A DNA stretch of 64,000 nucleotides from the NCBI GenBank assembly GCA_017935905.1, contig JAGBGO010000009.1, forward strand, positions 575 through 64,574, read 5' to 3'. Every line of letters starts with the position of its first letter. Within the stretch, counting starts at the first letter, position 1. The position numbers and the translations under genes were made by a program. Shown here in pieces: positions 1-8,136 of the stretch. The DNA comes from Clostridia bacterium (GTDB taxonomy: Bacteria > Bacillota > Clostridia > UBA1212 > UBA1255). Below the pieces are notes generated by a model. It did no database searches. It had not been told where the DNA came from and was given only the letters and a program-made list of their open reading frames with translations.

Positions 1-389
1 AGCATCGCCGCAATTTCATCGCTGACACCTTTCTGTCTTTGGTGTACGTTCATCTCAATCATCGCACGGTCCGCCATACGGGTTGTGAGCCGTTCATCCC
101 AAAAAACAATCTCCACGGAGCGAACCCCTTTACAGGCCTCCTCCAATTCTCTTGCGAACTTCTCCGTCACTTTAACGCGAGGGCCCTTCGAGCCATCCAT
201 ATTCACAGGATAACCGATCACTACCGTACTGACGTCGTGTTTTGTGAGTAGTTCAACCATCCGTGCAACCACTTGCCGCCGGCCTGCTTTTGCATCCACA
301 ATTCCCAGAGAATTGGCAGTAATTAGCAAAGGATCACTGAGGGCAACGCCCACACGGCTGTCTCCGTAATCAATACCCAATACACGCAT
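1..389 (-). CDS. ruvX: RuvX/YqgF-family pre-16S rRNA nuclease / Holliday junction resolvase-like protein (3' end runs off the window)
   Basis: Not in the ORF track; hand translation from ATG at 389 gives [20 protein letters not shown]...VIGYPVNMDGS...FWDERLTT, the YqgF motifs. The ATG overlaps the ireB stop (TAATG). Confidence 0.92.
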   Translation of the reverse strand, partial: MRVLGIDYGDSRVGVALSDPLLITANSLGIVDAKAGRRQVVARMVELLTKHDVSTVVIGYPVNMDGSKGPRVKVTEKFARELEEACKGVRSVEIVFWDERLTTRMADRAMIEMNVHQRQKGVSDEIAAM

Positions 390-685
390 TATTGAGAATC
401 TCGATTCTTCCGGGTCATATCGGCGATATAACTGTTAAACAGTTCTTCCACAATCTCGTCCCGCTCGATCTTGGTAATCAAAGAACGGGCGTTCTTATGA
501 TTGGTTACGTACGTCGGATCGCCGGACATAACGTACCCCACCAATTGGCTGACCGGATTGTAGCCCTTCTCCCGAAGCGCATAGTAGACTTCATCCAAAA
601 TCCGACGAATCTCCGCTTGTCGCTCATTGGGAACAGAGAAGAAAATGGTATTTTGATGATTTTCCTGTGTCTTGCGATTCTCCAC
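389..685 (-). CDS. ireB: IreB/ReoM (UPF0297, DUF965) regulatory phosphoprotein
   Basis: [38 protein letters not shown] is the UPF0297 signature. Probable GTG start at 685 after AAAGGGTGA (track start 706). Usual ireB-ruvX linkage. Confidence 0.93.
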   Translation of the reverse strand: MENRKTQENHQNTIFFSVPNERQAEIRRILDEVYYALREKGYNPVSQLVGYVMSGDPTYVTNHKNARSLITKIERDEIVEELFNSYIADMTRKNRDSQ

Positions 686-698
686 AACACTCACCCTT

Positions 699-935
699 TC
701 AGGCACCGAATTTAGCTAATTTCTCCACAAAATCGGCACATTCATTACTATCTGCACAATGGATCTCCACCTTAATGGGATGGGACAAATCCAAAGAGAA
801 AATACCCATAATAGACTTAGCATCCACGACGTAACGACCGGAAGAAAGGTCTACGTCGTAAGACACCTTGCTTACTTCAGAAACAAAGCTCTTAACGTCA
901 TCAATGGATTTAAGGGATATCATAACTGTTTTCAT
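699..935 (-). CDS. HPr-family phosphocarrier-like protein lacking His15
   Basis: 78 aa; [12 protein letters not shown] is the Ser46 motif; no LHARP/His15 motif. Confidence 0.85.
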   Translation of the reverse strand: MKTVMISLKSIDDVKSFVSEVSKVSYDVDLSSGRYVVDAKSIMGIFSLDLSHPIKVEIHCADSNECADFVEKLAKFGA

Positions 936-975
936 AGAAATTCAGTCTCCTTTCAGTAAAAAACATTACGCCCTA

Positions 976-1004
976 ATAGTACCCAAAACTCCGCTTTCTG
1001 TCAA
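976..1004 (-). promoter_or_regulatory. sigma-A-type promoter for the HPr-like/ireB/ruvX genes
   Basis: TTGACA (1004-999), 17 bp, TACTAT (981-976) on the minus strand. Confidence 0.65.
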
Positions 1005-1007
1005 GGT

Positions 1008-1988
1008 TTACCGCATAAAAAACTCATTAAAGATAGACTCTTTGGGAATTTCAAAATCCGTTTTGGGTAAAAAGGGTTCCAATGCAGACACCGGAACAAA
1101 TTTTTCAAAAGCTTCCCGTTCTTTTTTTGAAAGCGTTTCGTACAACCGACCAATGCCTGCCTTCAAAAAAGCAATCTCGTATTCCAAAGAAGAATTGAAG
1201 AAAAAGTCTGCATATTTCTTCACCGGTTTAATATATTTTTCTTCTCCGTTTCGCACGCCGGGCCACATCCCCATGGTGTCCGGAAGCGCGGATCCCCGTT
1301 TCACGTTGTCACGAATGGCTCTGCGCATAAAGCGAACCTGTCTGGGAAGCAACAACACGTCACCGTCCGTCTGCTCTGTATAAGAATCAAAGGGACAAAT
1401 ATACACTTTGAACACGTGGCTGAAATCCACACCCCGAATCAGTTCCGGATTCAGTGCATGAATACCCTCCACAATGATCATATCCTTCTTGGTTGAAATC
1501 AGCTTCTGCGTTCCCTGCTCCCTTTTTCCGGTGGTAAAGTTGTAAGAAGGAAGGGTGATTTCTTCCCCGCGCAAATAGGCACGCATCTGTTTTTTAAAGA
1601 AAGGCACGTCGAAGGCATCCAACGTTTCATAGTCGAAATCATTTTCATGGGCCGGCACACGACCGCTATCCAATTGCCGTTTCATAATCGTTTCCCGATC
1701 TAAATAATAGTCGTCAATGGAAACCACCGTGCAGTTATAACCGTCCTCTGTCAGATACTTGGCTAAGCGATTGGAGAACGTAGTCTTGCCGGAGGAAGAT
1801 GGTCCCGTTACCATGACGACGTCCGTATGAAAATCGTTGGCACAATCCATATCCACCACGTGGATTTCATTAAACAACATTTCAAACTGCAGCTGGTGTC
1901 TGGCTTCCGAGAAGGCAATCAGTTCTTCGAAACGATTTTCTTGAATGTAGCGGTTTACCCGCTCTGCGGTGTACTTCACGTTTATCAC
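1008..1988 (-). CDS. Uridine kinase/phosphoribulokinase-family P-loop nucleoside kinase
   Basis: GPSSSGKTT Walker A, SIDDYY, DYETLDAFD, IIVEGIHALNP, FFNSSLEYE. Confidence 0.82.
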   Translation of the reverse strand: MINVKYTAERVNRYIQENRFEELIAFSEARHQLQFEMLFNEIHVVDMDCANDFHTDVVMVTGPSSSGKTTFSNRLAKYLTEDGYNCTVVSIDDYYLDRETIMKRQLDSGRVPAHENDFDYETLDAFDVPFFKKQMRAYLRGEEITLPSYNFTTGKREQGTQKLISTKKDMIIVEGIHALNPELIRGVDFSHVFKVYICPFDSYTEQTDGDVLLLPRQVRFMRRAIRDNVKRGSALPDTMGMWPGVRNGEEKYIKPVKKYADFFFNSSLEYEIAFLKAGIGRLYETLSKKEREAFEKFVPVSALEPFLPKTDFEIPKESIFNEFFMR

Positions 1989-1996
1989 TCCTCAAC

Positions 1997-3241
1997 TTAC
2001 GGTTTCGGTAACACACTGCCGCCATAAGGCATAGTAATTACCGTAGCATCCGGCCCGTATTTCTCCAAAGCCGCCGCATACGCTTTCTGCAAAGACGGAT
2101 AGGGCGTTAAGAAAATACTACGGACAAAATCCGGTTTCATTTCAGAAACCATGTAAATATCTGCATTTTGAAGAACCATAGCAATGGCAGCCGCTTTGTG
2201 ACCACCCAACTGGAAGTCTTTCCCGATTCGCTCCACCATACTTTGAGCCGTGGGCGCTTCCAGCATCCATTTTTCAAAAGTGGTTCCTCCAAGACCTTCC
2301 GGACAGGCACCTACCAAAATAATCGTACCACCTTTGCGCACAGCATATTTCGCATTATCTAACGCTTTTTGCGTCTGGTACAAATTCAAATCCTTCGGGG
2401 CTCCCCCTTGGGAAACAATCACAATATCGGCTCTTTCCGGAATAGTCTTTCCATAAAGGGTATCTAAAAATGCACAGCCAATGCGATGGGCTTTCACGCT
2501 GTCTCCGGCAACGGCTTTCACAATTTTCTTATGCTCATCCAGTACCACGTTTAAGATATAATCAATGCCAAGCATCCTGCCCGCTTCTTCAATATCTTCC
2601 CGAATGGGATTGCCCTCTAAATTACCGGCACATGCCGCATCCTGCACCATAAAACGGTGATTGGTTTGAATAGCATCGTGAGTGGAACAACCGGGCATAA
2701 TGGCTTTTGCCCCACCGCTATAGCCCGCAAAATAATGATATTCAATATTGCCCAAACATATAACACGATCGGCGTTTGCAACTACGCGGGTAATATCTAC
2801 CGGCGTACCTCTTGAAGTCGTACCCAAATGAACACAGTCAGAGGGATCGCTGTCTATCACTTTAATATTTTCAAAGGCGTAATCCCCGGCAAGCTTTCGC
2901 TGTTCCTCCGGCGTTTGTTTCCGGTGACTTCCCAGGGCAAATACCAACGTCATATCTTCTTTCCGCACACCGCCGGCTTCCAGTTCTGCAATGAGGGAAG
3001 GAATCACTTTTGCCGTCGGCATCGGTCTTGTAATATCACTGGTAACAATGGCGACTTTTTCGCCGGACTTGACAATTTCTCTAAGTCTCGGTGCACCGAT
3101 GGGTTCACGCAGTGCCCGTTCAACCTCTCCCACTTCCGATTCTACGCCGGGTACCGGGTTAGGCAACAATTCCGCCAATAGGTTTCGATCTGCTATTTCT
3201 ACACTTTGTGTGGTGTTTCCGTATCCAAATTCATATTTCAT
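1997..3241 (-). CDS. larA: LarA-family nickel-pincer-dependent 2-hydroxy-acid racemase/epimerase
   Basis: SDITRP, LGSHR, EYHYFAGYSGGAKAIMPG, QTNH and YQTQKAL motifs; start set at MKYEFGYG (3241). Confidence 0.88.
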   Translation of the reverse strand: MKYEFGYGNTTQSVEIADRNLLAELLPNPVPGVESEVGEVERALREPIGAPRLREIVKSGEKVAIVTSDITRPMPTAKVIPSLIAELEAGGVRKEDMTLVFALGSHRKQTPEEQRKLAGDYAFENIKVIDSDPSDCVHLGTTSRGTPVDITRVVANADRVICLGNIEYHYFAGYSGGAKAIMPGCSTHDAIQTNHRFMVQDAACAGNLEGNPIREDIEEAGRMLGIDYILNVVLDEHKKIVKAVAGDSVKAHRIGCAFLDTLYGKTIPERADIVIVSQGGAPKDLNLYQTQKALDNAKYAVRKGGTIILVGACPEGLGGTTFEKWMLEAPTAQSMVERIGKDFQLGGHKAAAIAMVLQNADIYMVSEMKPDFVRSIFLTPYPSLQKAYAAALEKYGPDATVITMPYGGSVLPKP

Positions 3242-3277
3242 TGCATAAAGCCTCTTTCTAAGTATTCTTATTTGAAT

Positions 3278-3307
3278 ATTATACCATAGCAAAAGAACAA
3301 AAGTAAA
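3278..3307 (-). promoter_or_regulatory. Probable extended -10 promoter for larA
   Basis: TG-G-TATAAT at 3286-3278; weak -35 TTTACT 18 bp upstream. Confidence 0.5.
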
Positions 3308-3323
3308 CCGGATCTGTAAACAC

Positions 3324-3353
3324 AAAAAAGGCTCCCTGTAAAAGGAGCCCCTT
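3324..3353 (-). terminator. Rho-independent terminator after the large MBL-domain gene
   Basis: GGCTCC/GGAGCC stem followed by a T6 tract on the minus strand. Confidence 0.7.
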
Positions 3354-3378
3354 TCAATCACTTCATTGGATGATACGA

Positions 3379-6300
3379 TCATTCGAAATGCATCGGGAAA
3401 ACCAATTTCTGAATACCGTCTTTTGCAACGTAATGGTGTTCAACACCACATTCATCTCTCAAATATTCATACAATTCAATCGTTTCCCACGAACCCGTAT
3501 CATAACCGGTACCCGGATTGTTGTCCCACAACCATTGAGGCGTAGGCCACAAGCACGCTTTCGGTGCAATCGTTTTGTAGAGATCAAAATAAGCCCCTTG
3601 AGAACCGTGATGAGCAACTTGTACAACGTCTGCGGTTAAATCATTTTTGTATGCGGCAGCCAAACGGCTACTGCTTACGTGGTAAATATCCGCCAAAAAC
3701 AGCACGCGCTGTCCGCCGATGGTCAGACGATATACCACACTGGACTCATTGACTGCAGTATCTCCGGCTGCAACGTTTGCCGTTTCATCTACCGTCAAAA
3801 GCGTTTCTACAAAGAGACCGTCCACCGTCACAACGTCGCCTTGGTGTACTACGACACCGGCACCCTCCGGAAGTTTGTCCAATGCAGCAATCAATGCATC
3901 GTACGTAGTTAAACTGTTATGGGTTACCATATATTTATATTCGCGAGAAGGCAAATTGTAGTATACTTTCTTCACGTTTAACGAAGGAACGGCTTCATTC
4001 ATCAATGCAATAAACGCACCCACATGATCGCTATGGGCATGAGTCAAGAACCAAGCTTCGATTTCCGGAACGTCGCTTCCCGTAATATCTTTTGCAAGGG
4101 CTACGATATCCGCTAAATTTCTTTCATATCCGCCGTCGAAAACCAACAGCTTGTTGTTCTCCGTATGTACAACGTAAGAATTCATTTGATTGCTGTCATC
4201 CAACTGGTAAAGGGTTCCACCCACAATTTGAGGCTGGGCAGCATGCTCATACGCAGCAGAAGTCATACCGTAATTGTAAATAGCTTGTGCAATGTCTTTG
4301 ATTTTGCTTCCCTGAAGTCCGTTTACGTAGCTTAAATATGTGTTTACACTGTAGGAGACTTGTTCTCCAATGGGATTTCCTTCTGCATCAACAAACTTCG
4401 CCGTAATGACTTTATCAAAATCAGTGGCATAGATCCCCTCTGTGTAAACGTAGTACTTGCCGCCTCCAAGAGAGACAAAATCTTCCGAATCGTAAATCGT
4501 CTCGCCAATTTGAATACGCGTATTTGAAACGTCAGCGGTCGTAAACTTAAACCGGACTTTGATCAGATCGTAAAGGCCCAACGTAGCCGCATTCCAGGTG
4601 TAACGCTCATCCCGTGTTCCGGTAACCGGATCTTCTACCACACCGGAAGCTTGTCCCATATCATAATTCGTTAAGTACGTTTTTTGTACGTCCGTCAAAC
4701 TCTCGGTTACAAGATTTTGAATATCGTTATTAAAATAGCCTTGAGCCGCAGCACCGTAATTCAGAATAGCAACCAACATAGCACGAAGTTCAGTATCTTG
4801 TGCAGCCGTACGCACCAGTTGATTCATACAATATTGTTTCACGCTGTATTGCGATACTGTATCTTGCAAGGATTCTCCCACGTACAATTCAGCGGAAATA
4901 TTTGTGCCCATATCTTGGGGTAAAATATTCGGCAAACTGAACGTATATTGGTTTCCGGACTGTACACCATCCACCCAAATATCTTCACCTTTAAAATTAA
5001 ACTTCATACGAACAGGTTCTGCCAAAGCAGTTTCAACCGTCGCTTGCAAATGAAGCGTAATCGATTCTTTTAATTCCGGAACCGCAGTTTGAATCTCCGC
5101 TTCAGTCCCTTTGACAATTGCAAAATTCTTTACGTCAAATCCTGCCGTGCTGCCTTCTGCAAAGAAGCCGAAGTATTGAATCGTATTATAATTGATTTCT
5201 TTTCCGGCAAGATAAGTACTGTAAATTTCCTTACTGTTCAAGAATATTTTGAAAGTATCTTTCGTCACCGTATAGCGTAAATTAAACCAAATCTTCTCCG
5301 AAAAATCCAAGCCGTCCAGAATATATCCGTTATCTTCTTTCTGTAGCAAACCATTGGAATTCAACTCGACGATCCTGAATTGTAATCTGCCATTGGTTTC
5401 GTCCGCATCGAATCGCAAACTGTAGAACAAACGGCTACCGGTTCCAATCAAGTTACCGGCACCACCTAATTCCGCAGAGCCGGTAGTCTTGGGCACCATA
5501 GCAAAATCATAGCTTACCGCATAATTCTCCTTAGGAAGTGTACGCGTAGAATAAATCCATGCGTTTCCGTTAGATACGATCGGTGCACGCATAACGTAAT
5601 CTTCTCCGTCTACCGTGTAATGCGCCGCGTCAGAAGAAGCGTTGGTAAACCAAGTTTTTGCATGTGCATAACTTTCAAACAAATCAGAGGGCACTTCGTT
5701 GTACCGCGCCGCTTGATTTTCGTCTTTATAGAAAATGGATACAGTAACCGGGAACGTTGCTGTGTCCCGCTCTGTTTCAAAGCGCACGTAAACGCCATCG
5801 GCACCCGTGGTACCATCAAGTCCAACAATCTCACTTAACGTTTTCGTAGAGGTATGCGATACGGTGTCAGAGTAACCATTGTACGTACTATCTGTACCTA
5901 CGCCGTTACCGCGAAGCAAGACATTCCCCGCATCGTTTGACGAGAATACGAAACGCTGTCCGGTACCCAAGAGATTGTCCACGTTCGTTGTATAATATTT
6001 GTAATCATTGGAACGATTGTCTGTACGGTACATACCGGCACCACCGCTGGTATCTGTGCGCAGATACCAAGAAATCGCTTTTGTATTCGTGGTATGAGCC
6101 GCCGTATTCAAAGCCTCCGTATTCGGATTTGCCAGTAACTGCATATTATTGTAACCGTGTGCGTTATAGCCGTTCACGCCTGCAGTTCCCTTCGTTCCAT
6201 CATCGACAATAAAGTTAACCCAGCCCTTTCCGTCCATACCTTCTTTACCAATCAATTCCGTATGTCGTACGTTATGTTGAACGTATCCGTACGGGCCGGT

Positions 6301-7137
6301 GTAAGATGCGGTAACCGTATCCAAGTACCACGTTTCCACAGAAGTACTCAAAATCGTAGCGTTGCTCAACGTCCAATGGGTTTCGTTGTAATCAAAGTTT
6401 GCAGGTTTCGGGTAGGCAACCGTCAACGTAATCGACGCCGCACCCGCGTTGCTTACCATACGCAAATAAACACCATCTTCACCGGTAGCATTTCCGACGC
6501 CCTTGATAGACGCCAGCGTTTGAGCAGAAGCAACGCTCTTAGCTTCGGCGGAATTGTAGTTGGTTGCGGTATTGTAAACACCATGACCGATTGCACGCAC
6601 GTACACTTTTCCGTCCGTCTGCTTTGTAAAAGCCATCTTATATCCTTCTTTGGAAAAATCACTGTACGCACCGTAACTCATGGCAATCTTACCATCGTGG
6701 TTGTCAATTCTGCCATTGGTCGTATCGTGACCGGCAATATACCAAGTGATACCCTGATCCGTTACGCCGTCGCGAGGAATCAAATCTGTAATTTGATCCG
6801 ATGCCAAGAATTGCATAAATAAATAGCTATATTGTTTCGTTTGTTCCGGCGATCCGTCCCCAACAACTACGTTAATAAAACCTTTACCGTCCTTGCCACC
6901 ATGGCCAATCAGTTCGGTTAGCTTCTCGGTAAGCTGGATATAGCCACCGGTAGCGCCGTACTTGACAGTAACCGTTTCAACAACAAACTCCTCCGATGTT
7001 TCACTGATAATCGATCCTTGATTTACCGTCCAATTGCTGGGCGTTGTCGTTGCAATCGTGCCCGTTGGCAGGCTGAAAGAGCACAGAACCAAAACAAGTG
7101 TCAGTGCGAATGCAGTTATCCTCTTCAATTTCTTCAT
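3379..7137 (-). CDS. Large secreted multidomain protein with C-terminal metallo-beta-lactamase-fold (ComEC/Pce-like) hydrolase
   Basis: Signal peptide MKKLKRITAFALTLVLVLCSFS with GGAGG RBS; C-terminal FDGG, THAHSDH, NESSVV, FLADI and VAHHGS motifs; two sets of internal repeats. Confidence 0.8.
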   Translation of the reverse strand: MKKLKRITAFALTLVLVLCSFSLPTGTIATTTPSNWTVNQGSIISETSEEFVVETVTVKYGATGGYIQLTEKLTELIGHGGKDGKGFINVVVGDGSPEQTKQYSYLFMQFLASDQITDLIPRDGVTDQGITWYIAGHDTTNGRIDNHDGKIAMSYGAYSDFSKEGYKMAFTKQTDGKVYVRAIGHGVYNTATNYNSAEAKSVASAQTLASIKGVGNATGEDGVYLRMVSNAGAASITLTVAYPKPANFDYNETHWTLSNATILSTSVETWYLDTVTASYTGPYGYVQHNVRHTELIGKEGMDGKGWVNFIVDDGTKGTAGVNGYNAHGYNNMQLLANPNTEALNTAAHTTNTKAISWYLRTDTSGGAGMYRTDNRSNDYKYYTTNVDNLLGTGQRFVFSSNDAGNVLLRGNGVGTDSTYNGYSDTVSHTSTKTLSEIVGLDGTTGADGVYVRFETERDTATFPVTVSIFYKDENQAARYNEVPSDLFESYAHAKTWFTNASSDAAHYTVDGEDYVMRAPIVSNGNAWIYSTRTLPKENYAVSYDFAMVPKTTGSAELGGAGNLIGTGSRLFYSLRFDADETNGRLQFRIVELNSNGLLQKEDNGYILDGLDFSEKIWFNLRYTVTKDTFKIFLNSKEIYSTYLAGKEINYNTIQYFGFFAEGSTAGFDVKNFAIVKGTEAEIQTAVPELKESITLHLQATVETALAEPVRMKFNFKGEDIWVDGVQSGNQYTFSLPNILPQDMGTNISAELYVGESLQDTVSQYSVKQYCMNQLVRTAAQDTELRAMLVAILNYGAAAQGYFNNDIQNLVTESLTDVQKTYLTNYDMGQASGVVEDPVTGTRDERYTWNAATLGLYDLIKVRFKFTTADVSNTRIQIGETIYDSEDFVSLGGGKYYVYTEGIYATDFDKVITAKFVDAEGNPIGEQVSYSVNTYLSYVNGLQGSKIKDIAQAIYNYGMTSAAYEHAAQPQIVGGTLYQLDDSNQMNSYVVHTENNKLLVFDGGYERNLADIVALAKDITGSDVPEIEAWFLTHAHSDHVGAFIALMNEAVPSLNVKKVYYNLPSREYKYMVTHNSLTTYDALIAALDKLPEGAGVVVHQGDVVTVDGLFVETLLTVDETANVAAGDTAVNESSVVYRLTIGGQRVLFLADIYHVSSSRLAAAYKNDLTADVVQVAHHGSQGAYFDLYKTIAPKACLWPTPQWLWDNNPGTGYDTGSWETIELYEYLRDECGVEHHYVAKDGIQKLVFPMHFE

Positions 7138-7182
7138 AGCATAATCCTCCAATTCTCTCTGTATGCTAATTCAATACATTTT

Positions 7183-7211
7183 AGTGTACAATTTTATTCA
7201 AAAAAAGTCAA
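7183..7211 (-). promoter_or_regulatory. sigma-A-type promoter for the MBL-domain gene
   Basis: TTGACT (7211-7206), 17 bp, TACACT (7188-7183). Confidence 0.6.
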
Positions 7212-7232
7212 CAATTTCTTCACATATCACAC

Positions 7233-7264
7233 AAAAAACGGGCAGAAGGAATGCTTCTGCCCGT
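7233..7264 (-). terminator. Rho-independent terminator closing the hflKC-copAZ-SGNH unit
   Basis: Perfect 11-bp stem ACGGGCAGAAG/CTTCTGCCCGT followed by T6 on the minus strand. Confidence 0.85.
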
Positions 7265-7286
7265 CTTACAAGAACACCGGACGGTG

Positions 7287-7931
7287 TTAAAAATTTCGAA
7301 AAAATGCATCGACTCTTTGATAAACCCGTTCATACCCGGCGTCGTTGGGATGAATGCCGTCCGGCATATAGGTAGCCTGTTGGTCACCCATATTGGGATT
7401 GATCCCGCCCATAGCAAATAAATCCAACACCGGAATCGAGAAAAGTTCCGCCGTTTCACGAATGGCTTTTACGTAATCTTTCAAGTAGGCGCCTTGACCA
7501 TTCAAGCAGTCCTCTCCAATACGGTGAAGGGGCGTTAAGATAAGCAACTCGCCCTGTGGATACCGTTCCACCAGGCGGCGGTAAAGGTAATAGGCGGCTC
7601 CGTAAAACGTGCTGTCGTCTGTATCCCCCATCTTCCCCAGCGGTGCATTTCCGTGGGCATGGTCGTTGGTTCCTCCGAACACCACTACTAAATCTGCATC
7701 CTCGGGAAGGGTTTCAACCCGCTTCGTAAAACGATATATATTAACACCATCATCCTCGGGTACACCGGTCTGATTCGCATAACGCGTAGCACTGATACCG
7801 CAATTCACAAATTCTGTGTCCGGATAGCGAGCCTTAAACAAACTAACGTAGCATTGCTCCGGGGAAGAAGCACCCACACCGTAGGTAATGCTGTCTCCAA
7901 GAAATACGACTTTCTTCCCTTTCAAATCCAT
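7287..7931 (-). CDS. SGNH/GDSL hydrolase (esterase/acetylesterase)
   Basis: FLGDSITYG (Ser), NCGISA (Gly), FGGTND (Asn), PDGIHPN (Asp-His); start at MDLKGKK after AAGGAG. Confidence 0.9.
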   Translation of the reverse strand: MDLKGKKVVFLGDSITYGVGASSPEQCYVSLFKARYPDTEFVNCGISATRYANQTGVPEDDGVNIYRFTKRVETLPEDADLVVVFGGTNDHAHGNAPLGKMGDTDDSTFYGAAYYLYRRLVERYPQGELLILTPLHRIGEDCLNGQGAYLKDYVKAIRETAELFSIPVLDLFAMGGINPNMGDQQATYMPDGIHPNDAGYERVYQRVDAFFRNF

Positions 7932-7944
7932 GTCAAACAGCTCC

Positions 7945-8136
7945 TTACAGCACGTCAAATCCTAAATCTTCAATAGCGTCTTTAGCTTTCAGCAAAACAG
8001 CCTCGTCGGTGCTGTCTACCCTAACCGTTCCGGCTTCTAAAGAAACTTCCGCTTGAATCCCCAAAGCCTTCATCGCTTCGTTCACGCGGCGCACGCATCC
8101 CTGGCAGTGCATACCCTCTACTTTGTAAGTTGTCAT
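7945..8136 (-). CDS. copZ: CopZ-like heavy-metal chaperone (HMA domain)
   Basis: 63 aa, [10 protein letters not shown] motif; ATG overlaps the copA stop (ATGA). Confidence 0.85.
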   Translation of the reverse strand: MTTYKVEGMHCQGCVRRVNEAMKALGIQAEVSLEAGTVRVDSTDEAVLLKAKDAIEDLGFDVL

